Part shown: piece by piece, positions 9,801-18,569 of the stretch
Position numbering within the stretch: the first letter of the stretch is position 1
Layout of the letters: every line of letters begins with the position of its first letter
Source of the DNA: Planctomycetota bacterium
GTDB lineage: Bacteria > Planctomycetota > B15-G4
Direction: 5' to 3'
Assembly (NCBI GenBank): GCA_965248575.1
Contig: CBDFJQ010000002.1
Span: 2,624,001-2,688,000, forward strand
Length of the DNA stretch: 64,000 bases
Position numbers and translations under genes: made by a program
Notes under the pieces: generated by a model
Databases searched by the model: none
The model's input: only the letters and a program-made list of their open reading frames with translations
What the model was told of the DNA's origin: nothing

Positions 9801-12077
9801 ATGAATCCCCGTCCCATCCGTTTGCTGCTCGCCGTCTTGCTCATGGCGCTCGGCGGCTCTGCCATCGATGCAGTCCTGAATCTCGGAGACAGCTTCGAAG
9901 GTGAGATCTGCAAGGCCAACGAAGTGGACGTGCTGCGCTTCGATGCGCTCCAAACCACCAAGCTGAATCTCGTGCTCGACGCCCAGCCGCTCTTCACGCC
10001 CTTGGTGCAGGTGTTCGACCTGAGCACGGGCCTGACAGTCGGCGAACTCAGCACGACGGGCCCGAGCATCGAGATGCTCACCCAGAACCTGCCCAGCACG
10101 GGGGCCTACGAGATCCGCATCTCCAGTGCCGATGGCAGCACGGGGACCTACTCCCTCTCCACCGACAAGCGGCTGCCGGACAGGCTGGTCAAGATCAGCA
10201 AGCTCAAGCCGGTGGAAGCAGGTTCGGTCTGGAGCCTGCGCTTCGACGCTCTCGCGGGCTTCATCTTGAACGCAGAGATCCGCCCGGGCAGCGGCTCCGA
10301 CGCCATCCCCGCAAACGCGCGCATGTTCGGGCCAGGCGGCCCCGTGTCGCTGACGGGCTTCGTGTTGCCGCAGGTGAACGCCATCGTCATCCGGGACTTG
10401 CCGTTGGGGCTCACCACCCTTGGAGCCTTCACCCTGGTCGCCGACAACATCGGCGGCCCTGGCAGCTTCAAGTCCTTCCTGAACCTGAAGGAGACCACAA
10501 AACCCAAGAGCGTCTCGGAACTGGACAGTTGCAGCACCTTCGGGCCCGAGCAGATCGTCGGCTCGCAGATCTCCGGAGCTTCCGACGTGGACTCCGGGGA
10601 CCTCGATGGCGACGGCGACACGGATCTGGTCGTGGCCTCTCCTGTGTTGCGGCGAGTCTTTTGGCATCGCAACAAGGATGGCCTGGGAGATTTCTCGAGC
10701 GGCATCACCATCCACTCAGGGTTCTCGTTCGACCAACCCTCCGGAGTGCACGTGTCCGACCTGGATGGAGATGGTGACCGGGACGTCCTGGTGTCCTGGA
10801 GGTCCCTGACCGTCACGGCTGGCGCGGTTGGCTGGTTCCAGAACGGAGGAGCCGGCAACTTCGGCTCCAAGCAGGGCCTGAACTTCCTGGCCAACAAGTG
10901 CTACAGCGCCACCTCTGCAGACCTGGACGGCGATGGAGACCGGGACGTCCTGGCGGGAACCCAGGCCTCGTTCCTTGGTTTCCATCGCGTCGCCTACAAC
11001 AAGAACGACGGCTTCGGCAACTTCGGCAGCGAGCAGATCGTGACGTCTGACGTGCTCGCCGTGCGTTCGGTGCATGCTGCGGACCTGGACGGCGACGGGG
11101 ATCCTGATGTGCTCTCGGCATCGCTCAACAACGACACCGTCGCCTGGAATCGAAACATCGATGGCTCCGATGCTTTCGGGCCAAACATCGCCATTGCCAC
11201 CGATGCCCTCGCGGCGCGTCAAGTCAGCACCGCGGACATCGACCATGACGGAGACCTGGACGTCTTGTCCGCCTCGTCCATGGACGACACCATCGCCTGG
11301 TACGAGAACACGGACGGGCTCGGCAGCTTCGGTCCCAAGCAAGCCATCGACGTGACCGCCAACGGAGCGCGTTCCGTCGCCACGGCGGACATCGACTCCG
11401 ACGGGTTCACGGATGTGCTCTCCGCCTCATTCGTCGACGACAGCGTGTCGTGGTACCGGAACACTGATGGCCTGGGTGGTTTCGCCTCCCGGCAGATCAT
11501 CACGGCGAACTCGAATGGGGCGCAGGTCGTGCATCCCACCGACATCGACGGGGACCAGGACCCGGACATCGCAGTGGCCTCGGCCAACGACAACACCCTG
11601 TCCTGGTTCGAGAACATCGAGCTGGCCAACAACTTCCTGCTGCTCGTGGGCAGCGGGCCCGGCACGGCGTGGGCTCAGCAAGATGACCAGCTGCTGGCGA
11701 CCCAGCTCGACACCGTCCTCGACGTGCTGCCGGTGAAAGAAGGTTTGACCCCGTCCTTCCGGCTGCTGGAGGCGGTCGGCACGCCGCAAGGTCGGCAAGA
11801 CAGCGCCTCCACGACCCTCAGCGCGGCCGCCCGCCCCTGGAAGTGGGGCCCGACGTTCACGCTTCAGCTCGTGAGCATGCCCGACGAGCACGGCACCCGT
11901 CCGGCGCTTCATTCTGCGGGCCTCGCCGTGCATCTCCTGCCCGATGGCACCCTCTTCAGCCAGACGTATGGAGCAGCGCAGGGGCTTCGCCTGCGGGCCG
12001 AGATCGAGGTCGACAGCTCGGGGGCACCCTCGTTGAGCTTCCCCTTTGAGCGGCTGGAGCCACCAGCCTCGCCCTAG
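9801..12077 (+). CDS. Secreted FG-GAP/VCBS-repeat (integrin-alpha-like beta-propeller) protein
   Basis: Signal peptide from ATG 9801. Seven D(L/I)DxDxxxD calcium-loop repeats, most followed by W.N.dG.G.F. Confidence 0.85.
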   Translation: MNPRPIRLLLAVLLMALGGSAIDAVLNLGDSFEGEICKANEVDVLRFDALQTTKLNLVLDAQPLFTPLVQVFDLSTGLTVGELSTTGPSIEMLTQNLPSTGAYEIRISSADGSTGTYSLSTDKRLPDRLVKISKLKPVEAGSVWSLRFDALAGFILNAEIRPGSGSDAIPANARMFGPGGPVSLTGFVLPQVNAIVIRDLPLGLTTLGAFTLVADNIGGPGSFKSFLNLKETTKPKSVSELDSCSTFGPEQIVGSQISGASDVDSGDLDGDGDTDLVVASPVLRRVFWHRNKDGLGDFSSGITIHSGFSFDQPSGVHVSDLDGDGDRDVLVSWRSLTVTAGAVGWFQNGGAGNFGSKQGLNFLANKCYSATSADLDGDGDRDVLAGTQASFLGFHRVAYNKNDGFGNFGSEQIVTSDVLAVRSVHAADLDGDGDPDVLSASLNNDTVAWNRNIDGSDAFGPNIAIATDALAARQVSTADIDHDGDLDVLSASSMDDTIAWYENTDGLGSFGPKQAIDVTANGARSVATADIDSDGFTDVLSASFVDDSVSWYRNTDGLGGFASRQIITANSNGAQVVHPTDIDGDQDPDIAVASANDNTLSWFENIELANNFLLLVGSGPGTAWAQQDDQLLATQLDTVLDVLPVKEGLTPSFRLLEAVGTPQGRQDSASTTLSAAARPWKWGPTFTLQLVSMPDEHGTRPALHSAGLAVHLLPDGTLFSQTYGAAQGLRLRAEIEVDSSGAPSLSFPFERLEPPASP

Positions 12078-12117
12078 GCCTGCGCAACTCTTCCGAAAGC
12101 GCGGTTCGATCCCCGGC

Positions 12118-12183
12118 TTGTTCCCGCCGACCCCCACCGGCTAGACTCCTCGCGTCTCTGTTCTGAGGCACGGAATACGTGCC
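12118..12183 (+). promoter_or_regulatory. Putative sigma70-type promoter and palindromic operator for the oxidase operon
   Basis: TTGTTC (12118-12123), 18-nt spacer, TAGACT (12142-12147). Downstream perfect inverted repeat GGCACG-N5-CGTGCC (12167-12183). Confidence 0.35.
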
Positions 12184-12248
12184 GCTGTGGCAGATCGGAC
12201 CCCCCGAGGATCGGCTTTCTTGCCAACCTCAGCGACCGTGAGAGGACG

Positions 12249-13454
12249 ATGAACACGCTCACCCTCCTGCTGGCCGGAGCGGCTGTCACTACGGGCATCG
12301 TTTGGCCCGTGAGCACCCCCGCCAAGGCAATCCACCCTGCTCCCGCAGCGTTCTTCGACGACGAAGAGGGCGAAAACGGAGAACAAGGGCACGACAAGGC
12401 CGCCATCACCCCTGCCGGCCCTCACGTGAAGGCACCGCTCAACGTGAACCTCGAGATCCTCGAGGGCACCTGGCTGCGGGCTCCCAATGAGGAGTGGTTC
12501 GAGGCCCAGGCCGAAACAGACCCCGGCCGATTCGAATATGTCGACGAACTCATCGACATCGAAGGCGACTTCGAGGGCGGATACCGCGACAACGAGGGCG
12601 AGTACGAGCTCCGCTACGACGAAGAAGAGGACGAACTCGCTTACTGGCAACACCTTACGGCTGATCGACTGACCTTGGGCCGCCAGGACTATGTCCAGTT
12701 CTGTGCCAGTTGCCACGGCTTTGACGGTGCTGGTTACGGCCGCTCCGCCCAGCACCTGCGGCCCCCACCGCGCAACTTCACGAAGCCCAGCTTCAAGTTC
12801 AGCAAGGTGCCCGGCAGCCTGCTTCCAAGCGATGACGCTCTGATCAGCCTTGTGAAGAAGGGCCTCGACGGCACGCCGATGCTGCCCTGGGACCTCTCGG
12901 ATGAGCAGCTCGACGACATCATCCAGTACGTGAAGTCGCTCTCCCCCGAAGACAGCGGCTGGCGCGACATCTACTCCGAAGTGGGTGGCGTCGTGACCTC
13001 CGACGAGCCGAACCCGTTCGTGGGCCGGGAAGCTGAAGCCATCCGCATGGGTGAGGACATCTACCACGGCAAGGCCAAGTGCCACAGCTGCCACCCCGGC
13101 TACGTGACCAACGAGCGCTTCGCCGAGATCGGCGGTGCCAACGCCGTCCCGCGCGAAGGCCTGACCTACCCCATCGCGAAGGTCACCGAGAACTACGACG
13201 TGCAGGGCCACCCCATGAAGCTCCTGCCGCCGGACTTCACCTGGCATGACGTGCGTGCTGGCATCAGCGTCGAGGAGCTGTTCGAGACCATCGGCTCCGG
13301 CATCGGCGGCACCGCCATGCCGCAGTGGAAGGGCAGCCTGGACGACGAGGAGATCTGGGCCATGTCCTACTACGTCCGGGACCTGATCGAGACCTACAAA
13401 GGCAAGACCGCTGATCGCGCCCGGTTCATGGCCGGCCTGCGCCAGGGCAACTAA
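12249..13454 (+). CDS. Exported diheme c-type cytochrome
   Basis: Signal peptide, two CxxCH motifs (CASCH and CHSCH), each followed by a Met-Pro-type axial-ligand motif (TPMLPW and TAMPQW). Acidic N-terminal region. Confidence 0.88.
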   Translation: MNTLTLLLAGAAVTTGIVWPVSTPAKAIHPAPAAFFDDEEGENGEQGHDKAAITPAGPHVKAPLNVNLEILEGTWLRAPNEEWFEAQAETDPGRFEYVDELIDIEGDFEGGYRDNEGEYELRYDEEEDELAYWQHLTADRLTLGRQDYVQFCASCHGFDGAGYGRSAQHLRPPPRNFTKPSFKFSKVPGSLLPSDDALISLVKKGLDGTPMLPWDLSDEQLDDIIQYVKSLSPEDSGWRDIYSEVGGVVTSDEPNPFVGREAEAIRMGEDIYHGKAKCHSCHPGYVTNERFAEIGGANAVPREGLTYPIAKVTENYDVQGHPMKLLPPDFTWHDVRAGISVEELFETIGSGIGGTAMPQWKGSLDDEEIWAMSYYVRDLIETYKGKTADRARFMAGLRQGN

Positions 13455-13472
13455 TAGGGGCACCTGACAGGA

Positions 13473-14330
13473 ATGAATGCCTTGAGAATCTCTTCCCTGT
13501 GGACGAAGGCCAGCGCGCGCTTGCTCGCGGTGCCTGCCGTCCTCTCCCTGTTCTCCGCGGCTGTCAGTGCCCAGGAGACCGTCATCAATCGCTGGGGGCC
13601 GACCGAAGTCGCGTCCACCTTCGGCGAGCAGTTCGACGATCTCTTCTGGATGATCACCACTTTGGTGAGCGTCAGCTTCGGCCTGGTCTGCATCCTGCTC
13701 GCCATCCCGGTCATCAGGGACCGTGCGAAGCCGGGCAAGAAGGCGCACTACGATCACGGCAAAAGCCTGCACGACAAGCGCTTCACGGCCATCGTGTCGA
13801 TCATCGTCTTCGTGGTGCTCGACGCCTGGGTGATGTACATCGCCATGAAGGACCTGCGCGAGGGCTACTGGAACATCCCCGCACCAACAGATGCCGACAC
13901 CTACCGCGTGGAGGTCCTGGGGCAGCAGTGGGCCTGGAACTTCCGGACGCCCGGCGTGGACGGTGAGTTCGGTACGGCCGACGACATCCTCACCACCAAC
14001 TCCCTCACGGTGCCGGTGGACCGTCCCGTCTCCCTCAACTTCACCAGCAAGGACGTCATCCACTCGTTCTTCCTGCCGGACATGCGCGTGAAGCGCGATG
14101 CGAACCCGGGCGCCGTCAACGCTGCCTGGTTCGAGCCGGTCATCGAGGGCGAGTACGACATCCTGTGCGCCGAGCTGTGTGGCTACGCCCACTACCAGAT
14201 GCACGGCAAGCTGCAGGTGCTCGGCAAGGATGTGTTCAACGCGTGGGAGCAGGAAGCGAGTTTGCTGGCGCAGACTGCTTACGACGAAAACGACTCCGAG
14301 GCCCATTGGGCCTGGGAATGGCAGGAGTAA
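13473..14330 (+). CDS. coxB: Cytochrome c oxidase subunit II (CuA)
   Basis: Two TM helices, GQQWAWNF, DVIHSF and CAELCGYAHYQM (full CuA ligand set). No fused cytochrome c. Confidence 0.95.
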   Translation: MNALRISSLWTKASARLLAVPAVLSLFSAAVSAQETVINRWGPTEVASTFGEQFDDLFWMITTLVSVSFGLVCILLAIPVIRDRAKPGKKAHYDHGKSLHDKRFTAIVSIIVFVVLDAWVMYIAMKDLREGYWNIPAPTDADTYRVEVLGQQWAWNFRTPGVDGEFGTADDILTTNSLTVPVDRPVSLNFTSKDVIHSFFLPDMRVKRDANPGAVNAAWFEPVIEGEYDILCAELCGYAHYQMHGKLQVLGKDVFNAWEQEASLLAQTAYDENDSEAHWAWEWQE

Positions 14331-14337
14331 CTGATCC

Positions 14338-16059
14338 ATGAGTGGCGACCACATCCACCCGGTGCCGACGAGCTTCTGGAAGAGGCACGTCTTCTCCGTT
14401 GATCACAAGGTCATCGCGAAACAGTTCCTCTGGTTTGGACTGATCTGGCTGCTGATCGGCGGCCTGATGGCGATGATGATCCGCTGGCAGCTCGCGAACC
14501 CTGGTTCGCCAGTGCCGGTCATCGGCGGCCTGTTGTTCCCGCGTACGGGCGGCGTCATCGACCCGTCCACGTACAACATGCTGTTCACCATGCACGGCAC
14601 GATCATGATCTTCCTCGGGCTGACGCCCGTGTTGATCGGTTGCTTCGGCAACTGGTGCATCCCGCTCATGATCGGCGCCCGGGACATGATCTTCCCGCTG
14701 CTGAACATGCTGTCCTTCTGGACGGTGGCCCTGGGCGGCCTGGTGGGTCTCTACTCGCTCTTCGTGCCGCTCGGCGCGACGGAGGCGGGCTGGACCGGTT
14801 ACCCCACCTTGTCCACCACTGTCGGCACCCAAGGCTCAGGTGAAACCCTGTGGGCCGTGGCCGTCTTCTTGATCGGCCTCAGCTCGATCATGGGTGGCAT
14901 CAACTACATCACCACCATCATCCGGCTGCGCGCGCCGGGCATGAAGTGGATGGACATGCCGCTCACCGTCTGGGGCCTGTTCTTCACCGCCATCCTGAAC
15001 GTGCTCTTCCTGCCGGTCATCGGCTCGGCCATGTTGCTGCTGATCATGGACCGCGTCTTCGGCACGGCCTTCTACGTGCCGGCCAGCATCATGAGCGGTG
15101 CGTCGGGCGGCGACCCGATCCTCTACCAGCACCTGTTCTGGATCTTCGGCCACCCCGAGGTCTACATCCTGATCCTGCCCGCCTGGGGCATCGTGGGCGA
15201 CCTGCTGTCCTTCTTCGCCCGCAAGCCCGCCTTCGGCTACCGGGTGACGGTCGGCGCCATGTTCGCCGTGACGATCATGTCGGCGGTTGTCTACGGCCAC
15301 CACATGTTCACCACGGGCATGTCCGCGATGCTCGGTGAGAGCTTCATGCTACTCACGATGATCATCTCAGTGCCGGGTGAGATCCTGTTCTTCAACTGGC
15401 TGCACACCATCTGGCGAGGCAGCCTGCGCATGACGCCGCCCATGTTGTTTGCGTTGGGCGTCATCTTCGTTTTTGGTCTGGGTGGCCTCACTGGCCTCTA
15501 CCTGGCCACGATCAGCACGGACATCTTCCTGCACGACACCTACTTCGTCGTGGGTCACTTCCACCTGACCATGGCGGCCTCCTCGCTGTTCGGTGCGTTC
15601 GGTGCCATCTACTTCTTCTTCCCGAAGATGTTCGGCCGGCTGATGAACGACCGCCTGGGCAAGATTCACTTCTGGACCACCGTGATCCCCCTGACCGTGG
15701 TGTTCTGCACCATGTTCATCAGCGGTTACGGCGGCATGCCGCGGCGTTACTACGACCACACATCGGCCAGCTACCTGCTGCCCTTGCAGCACCTGAACGT
15801 CATCACCACCACGGCCGCATTCCTGCTGGGTGCCGCGCAGCTGATCTTCGCGTGGAACTTCATCAGGAGCCGCTGGTGGGGCGAGAAGGCGCCGGCCAAC
15901 CCGTGGGAAGTGGGCACGCTGGACTGGTCCATACCCACGCCCGTGCCGCACTACAACTTCAAGGAGATCCCGGAGGTCCACACGGGCCCCCACGAGTTCA
16001 GCCACCCCAAGCTGGTGGACACGGACTGGATCTCCCAGACCGAGAAGTTGCCGACCTGA
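14338..16059 (+). CDS. coxA: Heme-copper oxidase subunit I, A1-type active site
   Basis: DHK, TMHG, GHPEVY, GHHMF, LHDTYFVVGHFH and GMPRRY. All six histidine ligands are present. Confidence 0.97.
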   Translation: MSGDHIHPVPTSFWKRHVFSVDHKVIAKQFLWFGLIWLLIGGLMAMMIRWQLANPGSPVPVIGGLLFPRTGGVIDPSTYNMLFTMHGTIMIFLGLTPVLIGCFGNWCIPLMIGARDMIFPLLNMLSFWTVALGGLVGLYSLFVPLGATEAGWTGYPTLSTTVGTQGSGETLWAVAVFLIGLSSIMGGINYITTIIRLRAPGMKWMDMPLTVWGLFFTAILNVLFLPVIGSAMLLLIMDRVFGTAFYVPASIMSGASGGDPILYQHLFWIFGHPEVYILILPAWGIVGDLLSFFARKPAFGYRVTVGAMFAVTIMSAVVYGHHMFTTGMSAMLGESFMLLTMIISVPGEILFFNWLHTIWRGSLRMTPPMLFALGVIFVFGLGGLTGLYLATISTDIFLHDTYFVVGHFHLTMAASSLFGAFGAIYFFFPKMFGRLMNDRLGKIHFWTTVIPLTVVFCTMFISGYGGMPRRYYDHTSASYLLPLQHLNVITTTAAFLLGAAQLIFAWNFIRSRWWGEKAPANPWEVGTLDWSIPTPVPHYNFKEIPEVHTGPHEFSHPKLVDTDWISQTEKLPT

Positions 16060-16064
16060 CCATC

Positions 16065-16652
16065 ATGACCACCCTGGCTGCGAACCCCGTTCGAGAAGAC
16101 CCCCGGTCGCGCGTCAACGCGACGCTCGGGATGGTGTTCTTCATCGGCTCATGGTCCATGGCGTTCGGGACGCTCTTCCTCTCCTTCTTGATCCTGAGGG
16201 AGCGCGTCGGCACCTGGCCCCCGCCGGGCATCGTGCTGCCCAGCCTCCCCGTGGCCACAGCCGCGACCCTGGTGCTCCTGGCCAGCAGCGTCGCGGTGCA
16301 CGCCGCGGTGCGGCGCGGGCGCAAGGGGGCGAGTGGTTTTGCTGGTCTGTGGGCCCTGGGCACGCTGCTCGGCCTCGGCTTCGCCGCCGCACAGTCCTGG
16401 CTCTGGTTCGACCTGCTGGCTGCAGGCAGCGGGCCCCAGTCGGGTGCCTACGAGTCCTTGTTCTTCGGCTTGACCTGGGTACACGCCGCACACGTGGCGC
16501 TCGCCCTGATCTCGCTTTTGTGGATCCAGTTCGGGATCCAAACTGGTCGCTACGGCGCACACCGCATCTCCACGGTTCAGAACACCGCGGTGTTCTGGCA
16601 CTTCATGGATGTGGTCTGGGTCGGCATGTATCTGAGTTTCTTCGTCTTCTAG
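16065..16652 (+). CDS. coxC: Cytochrome c oxidase subunit III family protein (paralogue 1)
   Basis: GMVFF, TLVLLASS, LTWVHAAHV and FWHFMDVVW. ATG 16065 lies 5 nt after the coxA stop. Confidence 0.88.
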   Translation: MTTLAANPVREDPRSRVNATLGMVFFIGSWSMAFGTLFLSFLILRERVGTWPPPGIVLPSLPVATAATLVLLASSVAVHAAVRRGRKGASGFAGLWALGTLLGLGFAAAQSWLWFDLLAAGSGPQSGAYESLFFGLTWVHAAHVALALISLLWIQFGIQTGRYGAHRISTVQNTAVFWHFMDVVWVGMYLSFFVF

Positions 16653-16665
16653 AGGTTTCTGCCCG

Positions 16666-17319
16666 ATGAGCACGGCTCATAGCGCGACTGCCGATTCGGT
16701 GATGGCCGACGACGGTGCCACCGACGATCCGCACTTCGGAAACGCCACCGGCGGCAAGATCGCCATGTGGATGTTCATCGCCCAGGACGGCATGTCCTTC
16801 GGCGGTCTGCTCCTGGCCTACGGCCTGCTGCGGATCTTCTCGGCCGAGTGGCCCGTGCCCGCCGACATCCTCGGCATCGGGCTCACCGCCACGGCGACCT
16901 TCATCCTCATCTGCTCGTCGCTCTCGATGGTCTTCGCCGTCGAGGCCGCCAAGGAGTGCAACCAGGCCAGCCTGGTGCGCTGGTTGATGGTGACCATCCT
17001 GGGAGGCTTGAGCTTCCTCGGTATCCAGTACTACGAGTACAGCCACCTGCTGCACGAAGGCATCCGCTTCGCCACGAGCAGCTGGCAGGGCCAGGACGTG
17101 AATGATCTGTTCGGCTCGACCTTCTACGCGGTGACCGGCTTCCACGGCATGCACGTCACGGCGGGCGTCATCTACCTCTGCTGCGTCCTCAAGAACGCCA
17201 TGGCCGGGAAGTACACCCAGGGCGGCATCAGCCACAGCGCCGTCGAGCTTGTGGGCTTGTTCTGGCACTTCGTGGATCTGGTCTGGATCCTCGTCTTCAC
17301 CTTCATCTACTTGCTCTGA
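16666..17319 (+). CDS. coxC: Cytochrome c oxidase subunit III family protein (paralogue 2)
   Basis: GKIAMWMF, TFILICSS, FYAVTGFHGMHV and GLFWHFVDLVW. Confidence 0.92.
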   Translation: MSTAHSATADSVMADDGATDDPHFGNATGGKIAMWMFIAQDGMSFGGLLLAYGLLRIFSAEWPVPADILGIGLTATATFILICSSLSMVFAVEAAKECNQASLVRWLMVTILGGLSFLGIQYYEYSHLLHEGIRFATSSWQGQDVNDLFGSTFYAVTGFHGMHVTAGVIYLCCVLKNAMAGKYTQGGISHSAVELVGLFWHFVDLVWILVFTFIYLL

Positions 17320-17333
17320 TCGGGCCGCGAACC

Positions 17334-17633
17334 ATGACCGCAAACAACGACAGCGCCCATGGCAGCAACAAGGGCCTCTACGTCACGATCTTCCTGATCC
17401 TGGGCTTCCTGACCGCCATCGAGGTCTTCATCCCCGACGTCTATGCGGGCAAGGATCGCCAGACGTCCAAGATGTTGCTGCTCGTGATCCTGGCTGTCGG
17501 CAAGGCCATGCTCGTGGGCCTCTACTTCATGCACTTGAAGTGGGAGAAGCCGTGGCTCAAGTGGATCGCCCTGATGCCGGTCTACATGGGTCTCTTCACC
17601 ATCTTCCTGATGCTCGAGACGGTCTACCGCTGA
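17334..17633 (+). CDS. Cytochrome c oxidase subunit IV family protein
   Basis: Three TM helices with LTAIE, KAMLV..YFMHLKWE, the prokaryotic COX4 pattern. Confidence 0.85.
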   Translation: MTANNDSAHGSNKGLYVTIFLILGFLTAIEVFIPDVYAGKDRQTSKMLLLVILAVGKAMLVGLYFMHLKWEKPWLKWIALMPVYMGLFTIFLMLETVYR

Positions 17634-17872
17634 TGCTCGCTGGCCTCGCACGTCGACTCCCCGCCGTGCGCACGGCCGCGACCGCCCTGGGCGGCGTGGT
17701 GGCCTTCTCGGCCGACGCCTGGGCCTGCCCCTACTGCGCCCTGAGCCAGGGCACCGAGACCCTCGTCTTCATAGGCGCTTTCCTCGCCATCCCCTACATC
17801 GTGGTCACCGCCGTGATGTTCTGGATGAAGCGGGTGCTCGCCAGCGAACACGCCAACGAACTCGAAGGCTGA
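17633..17872 (+). CDS. Small membrane-anchored protein with an N-terminal CPYC motif
   Basis: TGATG overlap with the subunit IV stop. Signal-like leader ending ADAWA, then CPYC, one TM helix and a short tail. Confidence 0.7.
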   Translation: MLAGLARRLPAVRTAATALGGVVAFSADAWACPYCALSQGTETLVFIGAFLAIPYIVVTAVMFWMKRVLASEHANELEG

Positions 17873-17882
17873 CGTCGACCCC

Positions 17883-18569
17883 GTGGGTGACGGTGACAGC
17901 CTCACGGGACGCGCACCCCCCGGCCCGGCCTTCCTTGCGAAGCCGTGGTTCTGGGCGCTGTTCGTGGGCACGCTTTTCTGCGTCCCCCTGATCAAGGGCT
18001 TGGGGGCCGAGCTGCCCAAGGCCCTGCCCGGCATGGAGCGCACCCCCTCCGAATTCGAGCTGGCCGACGAGAACGGTGCGCTCGTCAGCCTCGCCGATCT
18101 GCAGGGCTATCTGGTGGTCGTCACCGAGCTGCCCCTCGCCAGCGGCAGTGGACGCGAGCACACCATGCGCACGCTGCGTTCGCTGCGGCGTCGGCTGCGG
18201 GGGCTGGGAAGCGCCGTGGTCTTCGTGTCGCTCTGCCATGGCGGCGCTGCGAACGACCTCACGGCCCTGCTCGACAAGTGGACGGCCCGCAAACCCGTCA
18301 ACGTCTTCCTGATCGATCCGAAGCGCCAGACCACCGCCGACCTGCGCCACGAAGCTGGTAGCGAGAGCGCCGACTGGTTCCTGCTGGACAGGCACGGCCG
18401 CCTGCGGGGTGCCTACGGTGTCCCCCCGGTGAACCAGCCTCAAAACATGGATGCGCAAGTGGAGGCCCAGCGCCTCGTGGCCGTGGAAGACGAGATGGAC
18501 CGCCTCGTGTGGCAGGCAGGCCAGCTGGCCAACTGGGCGGGCTCCGATACGGCGCCGGGCAGCCCGTGA
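17883..18569 (+). CDS. SCO1/SenC-like thioredoxin-fold membrane protein lacking the CxxxC motif
   Basis: N-terminal TM, FELADENG..VSLADLQG, VFVSL and FLLDRHGRLRGAY (SCO scaffold). Located in the oxidase operon. Confidence 0.65.
   Translation: MGDGDSLTGRAPPGPAFLAKPWFWALFVGTLFCVPLIKGLGAELPKALPGMERTPSEFELADENGALVSLADLQGYLVVVTELPLASGSGREHTMRTLRSLRRRLRGLGSAVVFVSLCHGGAANDLTALLDKWTARKPVNVFLIDPKRQTTADLRHEAGSESADWFLLDRHGRLRGAYGVPPVNQPQNMDAQVEAQRLVAVEDEMDRLVWQAGQLANWAGSDTAPGSP

Noticed and set aside
10590..11620. Recurring GACCTGGACGGCGAC-like DNA repeats as a CRISPR or repeat array
   Set aside because: They are degenerate codons of FG-GAP protein repeats inside a CDS. There are no identical repeats with spacers and no cas genes.
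12141..14354. 737-aa minus-strand ORF, plus other long shadow ORFs (e.g. 19309-21648 +, 25144-26787 +, 33562-35508 -, 40276-42243 -, 54875-56386 +)
   Set aside because: They lie antisense to or out of frame with well-supported genes and have no recognisable motifs. Such ORFs are expected from stop-codon scarcity in high-GC DNA.
14338..16059. Calling the oxidase a nitric oxide reductase or a B/C-family enzyme
   Set aside because: The cross-linking Tyr in HPEVY, the D-channel residues, CuA subunit II and subunit III are all A-family features. Only the K-channel is atypical.
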